NCBI GenBank assembly: GCA_964633325.1
Contig: CAZWFS010000007.1
Coordinates: 1 to 60,006 of the forward strand
Direction of reading: 5' to 3'
DNA length: 60,006 nt
From: an uncultured Candidatus Saccharibacteria bacterium
Lineage (GTDB): Bacteria > Patescibacteriota > Saccharimonadia > Saccharimonadales > CAZWFS01
The notes under the pieces were generated by a model. That model was not told the DNA's origin. It saw only the letters and a program-made list of their open reading frames with translations, and made no database searches. This document shows positions 9,586-19,387 of this stretch, in pieces. Positions within the stretch are counted from its first letter, which is position 1. Every line of letters starts with the position of its first letter. The translations under genes were made by a program, and so were the position numbers.

Positions 9586-11088
9586 TTAGCTTCCTTCCTG
9601 AGTAATTTCATCTGTCAGTATAACATTTTTTGACTTTGTCTTCTGCCCGAGCACAAGGCTAATGCCAACAATCACGCCATATAAAAACAGCATAGGCCAC
9701 AAACCGAGCGATCGATGCGCCAAGGCATGGGGAATACGAGCAAGCAGACTTACCGTATCGAGCATATAAGTCAACAGCAAACGTCCCGGCCAGGCGAACC
9801 AACCGGCTATGAAAGGCATCAGCATTCCAGCCAGTCCAGCCGCAAGCGAGCTTAGCATGGCGAACGGCACCATCCACACCACCAGTACGTTGGCTAGTAC
9901 TGCTACCAAAGAAACTTCGCTAAAAATATACATAATAAGTGGCAGGGTCATTAGTTGGGCGCATAAACTTTCGATAACAATCATACTCAAGGCTTTCGGT
10001 TGCTTGTGAGGCCTGTAAAAGCGTTTCACTAACAAAGGGGCTAACACCAACACGCCAAAGAATGCTAAAAAGGATAGGTACCAGCCTATATCAGACCAAA
10101 TGTATATCGGATACCAGCCTGCCGTTAAAGCCGCGGAAATCAGCAGCAGCAATACCGGACGGAAAGCCCGGCCGTAGTACCAAGCTAGCAAGCTGAGCAA
10201 GCTCACTATGGCCGCTCGCACAATTGAGGCGCTAAAACCGGTAAAAAGCAAAAACAGCCCAACTAAGCTTAAGGAAAATATAAAGCTCTGGTATTTGGAG
10301 CGTTTACCCAGCAAGCGGCGGGTACCCCGGACCAGAATAGTCAGGTTGTAGCCAGATACGGCAATCAAATGCGTTAATCCCACAATAGACAGCTGTTCTG
10401 TAACATTCTCAGGCAGTGTATTCCGCTGGCCTATAAGCAAGCCTAGGCCGAATGAACCATGCGGTTCAGGTAGGGCCGATAGCATGCCGGCCACGAAGCG
10501 ATGCCGGATATTTTCGATTACAGAACCAGACCGACCCAACACCTCCAGCTTGGCAAAGCTCATACGGCCTTGGCGCGAACCTATAGTGGAGCGCAGTTTG
10601 CCTTCCATCCGCACCATATCACCGCGAAAGACAGCTGGCGTGCCCAAGCCTTCTACCTTAATTTTACCCACTAATTCAACCTGTTCCGGTTCTTCAATTT
10701 TTAACTTGCCTACATCAAAAGATAGCTGGGATTTGTTGGCATATACCGCATCGGTCTCGGCAACACCAGACAATATTACTGTTTGGTCATAGTATGCGTT
10801 GTATTTATTAAGATCCTGTAAGTAGGCCGAACCTCTCCACCATCCTAACGATAAACCTAGCAACAAAACGCTACATACAAGCGCAAGCCGTGAAGTCTTA
10901 TAGGCGGTGATGACCAAGATAAGACTGAATATAGCCCAAGTGCTATCTATATCAGCTCCGCTCCGTGCCGCACCCAACCCCAGTAGAAAGGCCGCAAACC
11001 CAACCATCATAATAGTAGTCCGCCGGATATGGTAGGTTTGAGAAAAATTCATATTTATTTTTAGGATTCTATAAATATAATACCCCAC
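9586..11088 (-). CDS. comEC: ComEC/Rec2 DNA uptake channel (no C-terminal MBL domain)
   Basis: GLLIGQR, VGLTHLIAVSGYNL, ASIVRAAIV, GWYLSFLA competence-domain motifs. Confidence 0.93.
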   Translation of the reverse strand: MGYYIYRILKINMNFSQTYHIRRTTIMMVGFAAFLLGLGAARSGADIDSTWAIFSLILVITAYKTSRLALVCSVLLLGLSLGWWRGSAYLQDLNKYNAYYDQTVILSGVAETDAVYANKSQLSFDVGKLKIEEPEQVELVGKIKVEGLGTPAVFRGDMVRMEGKLRSTIGSRQGRMSFAKLEVLGRSGSVIENIRHRFVAGMLSALPEPHGSFGLGLLIGQRNTLPENVTEQLSIVGLTHLIAVSGYNLTILVRGTRRLLGKRSKYQSFIFSLSLVGLFLLFTGFSASIVRAAIVSLLSLLAWYYGRAFRPVLLLLISAALTAGWYPIYIWSDIGWYLSFLAFFGVLVLAPLLVKRFYRPHKQPKALSMIVIESLCAQLMTLPLIMYIFSEVSLVAVLANVLVVWMVPFAMLSSLAAGLAGMLMPFIAGWFAWPGRLLLTYMLDTVSLLARIPHALAHRSLGLWPMLFLYGVIVGISLVLGQKTKSKNVILTDEITQEGS

Positions 11089-11107
11089 ACAAACAGATAT
11101 ATGAAAA

Positions 11108-11135
11108 TTGACTTTTAAGGGGAAACAAACATAAT
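11108..11135 (+). promoter_or_regulatory. Sigma70-type promoter for the tRNA-Lys transcript
   Basis: TTGACT (11108-11113), 16-nt spacer, CATAAT (11130-11135). Confidence 0.65.
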
Positions 11136-11257
11136 GTAAGGAGTTAATTCGTCTTACTTATTGCGACGAGGGCTCACCCGGTAGTGAGCTTTCGTTGGTG
11201 CTCACCTAAAAGTGAGCACTTTTTCGCCTAAAGGCGAAGGAACGAAAGTCTACTACC

Positions 11258-11334
11258 GGGCCCATAGCTCAGCCGGTTAGAGCACCTGCCTTTTAAGCAG
11301 GGTGTCCTGGGTTCGAGTCCCAGTGGGCCCTCCA
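11258..11334 (+). tRNA. tRNA-Lys(TTT)
   Basis: Acceptor GGGCCCA/TGGGCCC, anticodon arm CCTGC-CTTTTAA-GCAGG, T-arm CTGGG-TTCGAGT-CCCAG, encoded CCA. Confidence 0.97.
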
Positions 11335-11726
11335 ATGAAAAAGCCTGGCCTTGTGTCGGGCTTTTTCATTGGCATGCTTTACTGGACTCGATTCCATGAC
11401 ACGCCAAAAGGGGTGTCATGGGTGAAGATTGCCGGTGGCAATCTGCAAGGGAACGTTCCGATGCAAGCTGTGCTTGCAATAGCGAACTTCCGGGGTCGCG
11501 GAACGTGACCGAGTCCCAGTGGGCCCTCCAATGAAAAAGCCTGGCCTTGTGTCGGGCTTTTTCATTGGCATGCTTTACTGGACTCGATTCCATGACACGC
11601 CAAAAGGGGTGTCATGGGTGAAGATTGCCGGTGGCAATCTGCAAGGGAACGTTCCGATGCAAGCTGTGCTTGCAATAGCGAACTTCCGGGGTCGCGGAAC
11701 GTGACCGAGTCCCAGTGGGCCCTCCA
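11315..11726 (+). repeat. Exact 196-bp tandem repeat (2 units) containing 3 copies of the 20-bp tRNA-Lys 3' end
   Basis: GAGTCCCAGTGGGCCCTCCA at 11315, 11511 and 11707; the two intervening units are identical base for base and rich in hairpins. Confidence 0.95.
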
Positions 11727-11749
11727 TATGCGTTTGGAAATCTCATTTT

Positions 11750-12277
11750 ATGTTAAAGTTCCCAATCATGCCTAAACGAAATATTTTGATTAAAGATGAA
11801 GAAGTGATAAGGGACGCGGGTTATGTATATATTTGTTCTGGATATTTAGTAGAGAATAATAAAGTACTCTTAGTTCATCACAACGGATTTGATAAATGGG
11901 TTCCGCCCGGTGGGCATATAGAGCCTGGAGATACTTTTGCATCTGCAGCCGCCCGTGAGGTAAAAGAGGAAACCGGTTTGGAGGTAGAGGTCATATCATC
12001 GCAACCGAATTTAAACCTTGATGATAAGCTTGCTATTGCAGAAGCGGTGCCATTTTATGTAGATGTTGAATATGAATTTAAGCCTACTCCCGCGATTGTT
12101 CAGCTTTTTTGGATGCGACGTAAATCCGGAACAAAGGATGTTGATTTAATGGCACAAATTGAGGAAGTCAGCGATGTTGCCTGGTTTAATGCAGAGCAAC
12201 TAAAAACCCTGCCTACGTTTGAACAAGTGCGTGTTGTAGCGACTTACGCATTGACTCATCACCCTGACGCACTATAG
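11750..12277 (+). CDS. NUDIX hydrolase
   Basis: Nudix box GGHIEPGDTFASAAAREVKEETGL. Confidence 0.92.
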   Translation: MLKFPIMPKRNILIKDEEVIRDAGYVYICSGYLVENNKVLLVHHNGFDKWVPPGGHIEPGDTFASAAAREVKEETGLEVEVISSQPNLNLDDKLAIAEAVPFYVDVEYEFKPTPAIVQLFWMRRKSGTKDVDLMAQIEEVSDVAWFNAEQLKTLPTFEQVRVVATYALTHHPDAL

Positions 12278-12372
12278 TCGCAATAGCTTCCACCTAGCCC
12301 TCCGGGGATTAGAGTAACTACGACAGTTGCAACACATGGGCTTAACAAAGGCCTTTTTGTTATAGTACCGAC

Positions 12373-12978
12373 ATGCAGAATACTGTGATTGCAGAAAATA
12401 TAGGGCAATCCGATAATGCCTACGCGCTACTGGCAATACCTTCAACTGGCTTTAAGAAGCAAGTTTCAGATCTATTAGATAGTATTGTCGCTGAAATAAA
12501 TGACGTCATTTGGCCGATGCCCTCTAACGCTCTTCACATTACGCTATGTGAAATTATTCAGCCGAAATTGTACAGTGAAGATAAACAGGCACTTTATGAC
12601 CGCCATAAAGTTGAGTACGAAATGATACCGGAACAAGTGCTTTCATCCATTACTCCAATTACGGTGCGTTTCAACACTATTGAAGTTAACTCGCAAGCTA
12701 TTATCGTTCGAGGTGAAGATGGTGGAGTTTTCAATAAAGTTCGAGACAAACTTGTTGAGTCTTTACCGATTCCTGATGAAACTAAAAAGCCGCCAGATAT
12801 TGTGCATTCTTCAATAGCTCGATACCAAAAATCAGAAGATATCCGCTCCATACAAGAAGCATGCCGTGAACTAGCCATTGATTTTGAAGAAGTTATTTCG
12901 GAAGTTCAGCTCGTACACAACGCTCGCCCACCAATGCTCGAATATCAAGTAATTCGTAGCTACCCGCTTTCAAAATAG
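12373..12978 (+). CDS. 2H phosphoesterase (LigT / 2'-5' RNA ligase-like)
   Basis: Two Hx(T/S) motifs, LHITL and VHSSI, about 90 aa apart. Confidence 0.75.
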   Translation: MQNTVIAENIGQSDNAYALLAIPSTGFKKQVSDLLDSIVAEINDVIWPMPSNALHITLCEIIQPKLYSEDKQALYDRHKVEYEMIPEQVLSSITPITVRFNTIEVNSQAIIVRGEDGGVFNKVRDKLVESLPIPDETKKPPDIVHSSIARYQKSEDIRSIQEACRELAIDFEEVISEVQLVHNARPPMLEYQVIRSYPLSK

Positions 12979-13167
12979 TTCCAATAGCGTAACAGTGGAT
13001 CCTCCAATCGCATTGAATTAGCCTTTTCGGAAGCTGTTTTTATTTTTCTAAAATGTTCTTTATGTGAATTCTAGGTATATAAACTTTTGCCTCTCAAATT
13101 TTGTTAAATTAGCCAGAAAATAATCGCTGTCTATATATTCTCCCTCAACCCCTGTTATGATGTAGTT

Positions 13168-13944
13168 ATGTCACAAAAACTTGTTGTCGTAGATATTGAC
13201 GCTACACTGATTGATTCGCCAAAACAAAAAGTACCAAGTGATGAGTTTGTGAAAGTCGTACAAGATATCAAGAATGACGCACTCATAACGTGTGCGACTG
13301 GCCGTTCATGGTCATGGGCCAGGCCAGTACTTGAACATGCCAATTTTACTGCACCATGCATTATTGGTGGTGGTACGCTCCTGCTCAATCCCGAGACTCT
13401 AGAAATCATAGAAGAAAACCTGTTACCTCCAGGGCAATTAGATAACATCAAAACAGTACTCAAGGACTACCCTACAGTACATGTGTTGTTCAATGACTAT
13501 ACGGAAGAGGATTATCTTGGTGGTGGCTGGGAGCTATCAACGCTCGTGGAAAGTAATGAGTGCTACATCATGGAAATCGTTATGGTTACGCATGAACTAG
13601 CGGATGAGCTTATAGCGAAATTTAAGGTGCTCGAAGGCATTACATCAGTAAAGATGAACTCCTTTGAACAAGGTTTAGTTGATGTCCACGTCGTCAGTGA
13701 GCGTTCAACTAAAGAGCATGGCATTGCTACTATTCAAAAGATGTTTGGTATAAGCAAGGAGGATACAATTGGTATTGGCGATGGCCACAATGATTTACAT
13801 ATCTTCTATGCAGTTGGCATAAAAGTTGCTGTTGGTAACGCAGTGCCAGAACTGAAAGAACTAGCTGACGAGATAATTGACGACGTTACTAAAGACCCCG
13901 TGACAAGTTATCTCAAGGGTTTGGCGTCAAAAGCTAAATCATAG
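13168..13944 (+). CDS. Cof-type HAD phosphatase (HAD-IIB)
   Basis: DIDATL motif I, ATGR motif II, TKEHG motif III, GDGHND motif IV. Confidence 0.9.
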   Translation: MSQKLVVVDIDATLIDSPKQKVPSDEFVKVVQDIKNDALITCATGRSWSWARPVLEHANFTAPCIIGGGTLLLNPETLEIIEENLLPPGQLDNIKTVLKDYPTVHVLFNDYTEEDYLGGGWELSTLVESNECYIMEIVMVTHELADELIAKFKVLEGITSVKMNSFEQGLVDVHVVSERSTKEHGIATIQKMFGISKEDTIGIGDGHNDLHIFYAVGIKVAVGNAVPELKELADEIIDDVTKDPVTSYLKGLASKAKS

Positions 13945-14060
13945 GTCGAGCTTAGGCTGATGCATCTATATTTTCATCAAAAACTAGGTGTTGCATTACT
14001 TTTATTATAGGGCTCAATCCTAGAAATATTTTGCGCGCACACTAAGTACAGAAAACGAAG

Positions 14061-15752
14061 CTAGTATATGTTGCTACCGCCAGGAGACGATAGCTCCCAG
14101 CCCACACTAGAATTCCAGCCTGCATTGTTCAATGTCCCTGTCATAGATCTAAAGAAGATGTCCATATCCACACTACTTCTGGATATCGCCGAAGGGTTAC
14201 CACCTACGGCGTTGTTTGCCCTAGATGCTGTTGCGCTCCAGCCCGATACATTATTCCAGCCCGTATTCTCTAAATTATTAGCGCTGTCAGGATAAAATAC
14301 ATCCATGTTGTTTGCATCCCTCTTAATTGCGATCGGGTCACCGTTCACGCAAGGATTACCGCCTACTCCACAAGTAAGACCCCTGCCAGTTGGTGAAGTC
14401 CACCCCGTGGAACCATTCCAACCTACATTCAATAAATTATTATTTGTGTCGCGGTAAAAAACGTCCATATCGTTCCAGTTTCGAGTTATGGCCGAAGGGC
14501 TCCCGCTGACATTTCCGCCGCGGTAATTAACCGATCCCCAGCCAATACTTGCGTCCCAGCCAATATTTTGTAAATTGCCTGCATCGTCTCTAAAGAACAC
14601 ATCCATACTATTTCCATATCGCGTGATAGCGATTGGATCCGTTGTTACGCAGGGTGTAGATCCGCCACAAGTTACTCTTGTTACGGCACTGCCCCAGCCC
14701 GTAGTGGAGTCCCAGCCAACGTTTTTAAGGTTGCCGCTGCTATCGCGGTAAAAAACGTCCATGCTAGTAGAGCTGCGAGATATTACGGTAGGATTGCCCA
14801 CAATTCCACTCGCTCTAGATACAGTTGAGCCCCAACCAGTGCCCGAATTCCACCCGGTATTCTGGAGATTGCCATTACTATCTCGATAGAATACATCCAT
14901 ATCGACAGAGCTTCTTGCGACCGCAACAGGATTGCCAGCCACACATGGATTGCCACCCACACCACAAGTAAGCCCGCGGCCTACTGGTGAGCCCCAACCA
15001 GTACTTGCATCCCAGCCCATATTGAGTAGATTGTTATTTGTATCTCGATAAAAAATATCCATTGAGGTGGAGCTTCGAGTAATAGATGCTGTTTTAGAAT
15101 GTGTGCTTAGATCAATAGTGGAGCCACCTGCGCAAGCTTGTCGATTAGCTGTTGAGCCTGTTGTCCCTACAGTCCCTAATTCTATTCCTTCGCCCAACGT
15201 AACACCTGGATTACCATGATCTTTGTAGCACGCAGGATTTATAGAGCTTTTGAACTCTACATGTACATGCGGACCAGGGTTACAGCTTAAGTTAGCTACA
15301 GTACCCAGACTCATACCATTTGTAATTGTTCCGGATGTCACTGCTCCGGAGAGGTGAGCCACATATAATGTCCCGACAGCGACACCATTGTCACTAACGT
15401 TGACTGCAGTGCTAGAACCACAACCAGTGGATGAAGAAGCCCAGGAATAAGTCAGGGTGCCTGTACTGCCACTTACATTCCACTTCACACTTGTCCCAGC
15501 GGCCGCATACAGGTCGGTTGACCAGTTGTAACCCGAACCATATATTGGATGTACTGTAGGGTGGCTGGAGTTAGAATCAGTGTATGGCGGGTTCACATTT
15601 GCGTTATATGCCCACTTGCCCTGAAATGGCATGCCAATTGTAGCTTTTTCATTAGCTGCTAAGACGCTTAGCGGAGAACATATAAGAAATAGAAACGAGC
15701 TCACTATCAGTGCTAAAGCTGCGATTCTACGGGAGAGTCGAGTCAATTTCAT
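14061..15752 (-). CDS. Secreted M23-like peptidase fused to a 7-repeat lectin-like beta-propeller
   Basis: Signal peptide; STDLYA...YVAHL...GPHVHVEF M23-like motifs; seven repeats of R...MD(V/I)F(Y/F)RD..(G/N)NL.N.GW....GW. Confidence 0.7.
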   Translation of the reverse strand: MKLTRLSRRIAALALIVSSFLFLICSPLSVLAANEKATIGMPFQGKWAYNANVNPPYTDSNSSHPTVHPIYGSGYNWSTDLYAAAGTSVKWNVSGSTGTLTYSWASSSTGCGSSTAVNVSDNGVAVGTLYVAHLSGAVTSGTITNGMSLGTVANLSCNPGPHVHVEFKSSINPACYKDHGNPGVTLGEGIELGTVGTTGSTANRQACAGGSTIDLSTHSKTASITRSSTSMDIFYRDTNNNLLNMGWDASTGWGSPVGRGLTCGVGGNPCVAGNPVAVARSSVDMDVFYRDSNGNLQNTGWNSGTGWGSTVSRASGIVGNPTVISRSSTSMDVFYRDSSGNLKNVGWDSTTGWGSAVTRVTCGGSTPCVTTDPIAITRYGNSMDVFFRDDAGNLQNIGWDASIGWGSVNYRGGNVSGSPSAITRNWNDMDVFYRDTNNNLLNVGWNGSTGWTSPTGRGLTCGVGGNPCVNGDPIAIKRDANNMDVFYPDSANNLENTGWNNVSGWSATASRANNAVGGNPSAISRSSVDMDIFFRSMTGTLNNAGWNSSVGWELSSPGGSNIY

Positions 15753-15756
15753 AATT

Positions 15757-16449
15757 CTATTGACTGAATTCTAAAGAGTTAAGTATTTGATCACCGAAAT
15801 CTACTATATTAGTAGTTTCGCTTTTGTCACCAAGATAATTTATAACTACGTTGTAAACTGTCTCGTTCTTTTCGAAGAAATAATATTTAATGTTACCTAA
15901 ATCAGATTTCTTCGCTTGATATTCCAGTACCATGCCGCTCAGTCCGCCTACTTTTACTCCCTCTTCTTTAACAAGCTCGAAAAAATCATTCTTAGCCATA
16001 ACAGTTTTGATATTTGGGAGATCGAAGTCTTGAGAAGATCCTTTCTTTGCAACTACTAATTCAAAGGCGTTTATGCCTTCTTTGCTGGTAGTCTCGTGGT
16101 ATTCAACCGAAGAAGTATATATTCTACCGTTCGCGGGTGCTGTATTTTTGCCCTGAGAAAGTGACCACTGAGAATTAGATGGATATCTAAGGCTAAAGCC
16201 TTGTTCGGCATTGGTGTTATCTCTCCACACTATGGGGGTAGGTTGTATGGGCTCAGCCGGCTTTTGATCGGATGACTCCGTGTCGACTGGGTCTACGGGG
16301 GCTTGTTCTGACTGGGATGATAAGCTCGCAAGAGTTGGTTCGTGAGAGCGGCTAATGCCGAAGGCAACCGCCGCTACAACAGTTATCCCAATCAAAACTA
16401 AGATTCTGGTCAGTCCGATTTTACGTACCCTGGCAAGTGACATCTTCAT
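15757..16449 (-). CDS. Exported protein, pilin-like N-terminus, possible PsbP/Mog1-like fold
   Basis: Basic leader then one TM helix; GFSLRYPSNSQW and VKVGGLSGMVLEY resemble PsbP-like strands. Confidence 0.5.
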   Translation of the reverse strand: MKMSLARVRKIGLTRILVLIGITVVAAVAFGISRSHEPTLASLSSQSEQAPVDPVDTESSDQKPAEPIQPTPIVWRDNTNAEQGFSLRYPSNSQWSLSQGKNTAPANGRIYTSSVEYHETTSKEGINAFELVVAKKGSSQDFDLPNIKTVMAKNDFFELVKEEGVKVGGLSGMVLEYQAKKSDLGNIKYYFFEKNETVYNVVINYLGDKSETTNIVDFGDQILNSLEFSQ

Positions 16450-16461
16450 TAATCTAAGCTC

Positions 16462-17115
16462 TTAATTAACTTTAATTGTCTGGATTACTTGCTCTATAAG
16501 CTTCAGATTATCTGTGTTTGCTGTAGCCTTGTACACCACATTTAGTTGCCTACCATCTGCTAAGTTAAATACGTGCTGATATATTCTGTCGCCTTTCGTA
16601 ACACCAGTGACTGACTCGAGCCATTCTATAGTATATTTTTTACCTTTTACGCTGCCGATTGAGTATTCGCTGTTTGTTTCCTTACCATTATTATTTGGCG
16701 ACTGCCACTGAGGAGCATCGTAAGCATTAGCCGACAGGACTACATTGAATTTCTTCTGATCACCGACATATGACCGAGACTCTTCATGAATAATTGCTGG
16801 TTTCCCAGGAGTGTGTGTAATTTCGTCGCCATTAATTGTTCCGCCAGGATAATTGAAAAGCTCCCAGCCTTCCGGCGCTTTGATAGTAAAACCACCGTCA
16901 AGACTTGTGACCGTCTTCCAGTTTGCTGTCTCATCCGTGCTAGGTTTGGGGATTTGTTGAGCTGTGTCAGTATCTTTCTGCTGTGATTTGGCTGTATCTT
17001 TGGATGAAGACTTGAAGACTGCGTACCCAACGCCAGTAATTACCAGCAAAACCACCAGCACTAACACTAAAATGTTAGCACTAAAGCCCGCTTGGTTCTT
17101 GGTTTGAATTATCAT
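16462..17115 (-). CDS. Exported protein with class III (prepilin-like) signal, possible PsbP-like fold
   Basis: NQAG/FSANILVLVLVV (no E5); WKTVTSLDGGFTIKAPEGWE motif. Confidence 0.55.
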   Translation of the reverse strand: MIIQTKNQAGFSANILVLVLVVLLVITGVGYAVFKSSSKDTAKSQQKDTDTAQQIPKPSTDETANWKTVTSLDGGFTIKAPEGWELFNYPGGTINGDEITHTPGKPAIIHEESRSYVGDQKKFNVVLSANAYDAPQWQSPNNNGKETNSEYSIGSVKGKKYTIEWLESVTGVTKGDRIYQHVFNLADGRQLNVVYKATANTDNLKLIEQVIQTIKVN

Positions 17116-17284
17116 AACAAAGGTATCCTTGTCTTATCGCTTAAGCATACTATAAAGCATTTATATGTTCCAAGTAGTCCTATCGATGGCTCCAAAACTA
17201 CGACTCTATCCCGGAAGTTTTTATTTTGCCATCTGATCATTTCGGCAGGTGTATAATGAAAATATCAGGTAAGGAGGGCTCAAA

Positions 17285-17656
17285 ATGATAGGACAAAACG
17301 CAACACACGCGAACTTTAGCGTTGATGACATGAATGCGGCTAAGGCATTTTACGTGGATAAACTTGGCTTTACCATCAGACGTGAAACATCCTATTACGT
17401 TGTGTTCGAAAGCGCCGCCGGTACACGCTTCAATGTGTACGCAAAAGCCGACCACAAGGCTTGGGACTCCACTGTTTTCGGTATAGAAGTACCTGATGTC
17501 AAAGATGCGGTCGATGAACTTAAAGCTCAGGGCATCACCGTTGAGAAAGTCGATGGCACGGACGAAAACGGCATCATGAGCGATCCAGATATGGGAGACG
17601 CCGCATGGTTCCGCGACCCAGCGGGCAATTGGATCTGCATCGATAGCTATAGTTAA
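17285..17656 (+). CDS. VOC/glyoxalase family protein
   Basis: FSVDDMNAAKAFYVDKLGF; AWFRDPAGNWI; strong RBS AAGGAGG. Confidence 0.9.
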   Translation: MIGQNATHANFSVDDMNAAKAFYVDKLGFTIRRETSYYVVFESAAGTRFNVYAKADHKAWDSTVFGIEVPDVKDAVDELKAQGITVEKVDGTDENGIMSDPDMGDAAWFRDPAGNWICIDSYS

Positions 17657-17796
17657 AGAGTTTTTTGCCGGTAATAAGGGGGATTGAGCAAAAGTTTAGC
17701 TGCAATAGTCTCCACTACGCTTCTTCACAGATTAGTCCGGGTGGGATTGTCGCAACCAAGGAGCCGAAGATGGTTACATTTTGTTATCATTAGTTT

Positions 17797-18345
17797 ATGA
17801 AGCATAGATTCGTATTTGTTCACGGGAATCAAACCACACACTGGTCATTCGCCTGGGTTCCCTGGCTCAAGGCTGAGCTAGAAAAACTCGGGTACGAAAC
17901 GTTCTTTGAGACAATGCCGGATTCGATAATTGCGCGAGCTGAATACTGGCTCCCCTTCCTTAAAGATCATGTAAAGGCAGGCGACAATGACGTAATTATA
18001 GGCTGGTCATCGGGCGCGATGGCCGCCATGCGTTTTGCTGAGAGCAATAAGATCCTGGGGTCTGTCTTAATCTCACCAAGCTATACGGACCTAGGTGACA
18101 GCATGGAAAGGCAAAGTGGATATTTCGACAAGCCCTGGCAGTGGAACGACATAAAAGCCAATCAGCAGAATATTGCTTTGGTATGGGGCGACAATGATCC
18201 ATTCATCTCCCAGGATGAATTTGATTTTATCGCAAAGCAACTTAGGCCTACAGAAATAAAAGTTCCAAATGGCGGACACTTCATTGAGCGAAATGATTTT
18301 CCTGAAGTACTCGAATATATAAAACGAACGTACTCTAAAATTTAG
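17797..18345 (+). CDS. RBBP9/YdeN family alpha/beta hydrolase
   Basis: VHGN, GWSSG nucleophile elbow, DNDPF, GGHF. Confidence 0.88.
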   Translation: MKHRFVFVHGNQTTHWSFAWVPWLKAELEKLGYETFFETMPDSIIARAEYWLPFLKDHVKAGDNDVIIGWSSGAMAAMRFAESNKILGSVLISPSYTDLGDSMERQSGYFDKPWQWNDIKANQQNIALVWGDNDPFISQDEFDFIAKQLRPTEIKVPNGGHFIERNDFPEVLEYIKRTYSKI

Positions 18346-18445
18346 CTGCAATACCATCGCAGATGGCCATCCACAGCTTAGACCAAGTGAGGCTGCTGTA
18401 AGTACGAGCCATTTGTCTGCTCTCTTTGTTTGCTATAGTTATGGA

Positions 18446-19210
18446 ATGGTAGCTTACAACATAGAAACTGCAGAAAAAGATATCCAATTTCAGTATCCGA
18501 ACACTAACGACACCATGCTAGCCAAATTGAAGCGTTCATCTGGCACCCAGATTGATGTTTCAAAAAGCGAGGTGGAAAACGTAAAAGATTTAACTGGGTA
18601 TTCTCATTCACTCTTTACTCATAACGGCGACAATGTACCTTCAGCGGCCGATCCTTTAACAATTCTCAAAGAGGCCAAAGCTGGTAAATCCTTTCGATGC
18701 GTTGAGTACAGCACACTGGCAGTCGGATTATTATGGGCAAACGGCATACCAGCCAGGACTATCGGCCTTAAAACTAGCGACGTCGAGACACGTGAATACG
18801 GAGCCGGGCACGTCGTTATCGAATTTTGGAGCGGTGAATCCCAAAAATGGATTATGTGCGATGTCCAGGCGGGTGTTATCCCCGAGTACGAAGACAGACT
18901 ATTGTCCGCATACGAATTACGGCAACATCTCTATAACAATAAATCTGTAGTTTATATTCCCATCACCGGCTCTAGATTCTCCCCCACGAGCAAATACAGT
19001 GACAAAGAAAACTACTCGGAATGGATTAGTGAATATCTATACTTTATTGATACACCCGTCCACCTGACGTTGGGCAATGAAGACAAGCCAAAACAACAAA
19101 TAGCCATGCTAGTACCGATAGATATTGAACCACCAAGGATGTTCCAAGGCATGTTCGTGATGAACGTCTTATACACGCACAGCGTTTTAGATTTTTACCC
19201 TAATATGTAA
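18446..19210 (+). CDS. Transglutaminase-like protein
   Basis: RCVEYS...GIPARTIGL...GHVVIEFW...KWIMCD gives a Cys-His-Asp triad; TGCTATAGT lies 6 nt before ATG 18446. Confidence 0.8.
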   Translation: MVAYNIETAEKDIQFQYPNTNDTMLAKLKRSSGTQIDVSKSEVENVKDLTGYSHSLFTHNGDNVPSAADPLTILKEAKAGKSFRCVEYSTLAVGLLWANGIPARTIGLKTSDVETREYGAGHVVIEFWSGESQKWIMCDVQAGVIPEYEDRLLSAYELRQHLYNNKSVVYIPITGSRFSPTSKYSDKENYSEWISEYLYFIDTPVHLTLGNEDKPKQQIAMLVPIDIEPPRMFQGMFVMNVLYTHSVLDFYPNM

Positions 19211-19387
19211 GACTTCGAGACGCTTAGGCTGGTTCCAACAACTCCACACATGGCCCTCCAATACGCTTATGTTCAAGCTTTAAAACAGCTTGGCACTAGA
19301 TATTGCTTAGGAGAGTGGTTAATTTTAAACAGGTGGAGATATCACAAGTATTCTTAATCGTTAGCAGTTAAATAACCAGAGACCCCT

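Noticed and set aside
149-11088. Pilus, ruvABC and comEC clustering as a novel system
   Set aside because: These are expected core genes of Saccharibacteria; their proximity to the cassette array is suggestive but not evidence of a link
11302-11704. ORFs 11302-11508, 11519-11704 and 11366-11593
   Set aside because: They are translations of the tRNA end and the 196-bp hairpin repeat, with no RBS or protein motif
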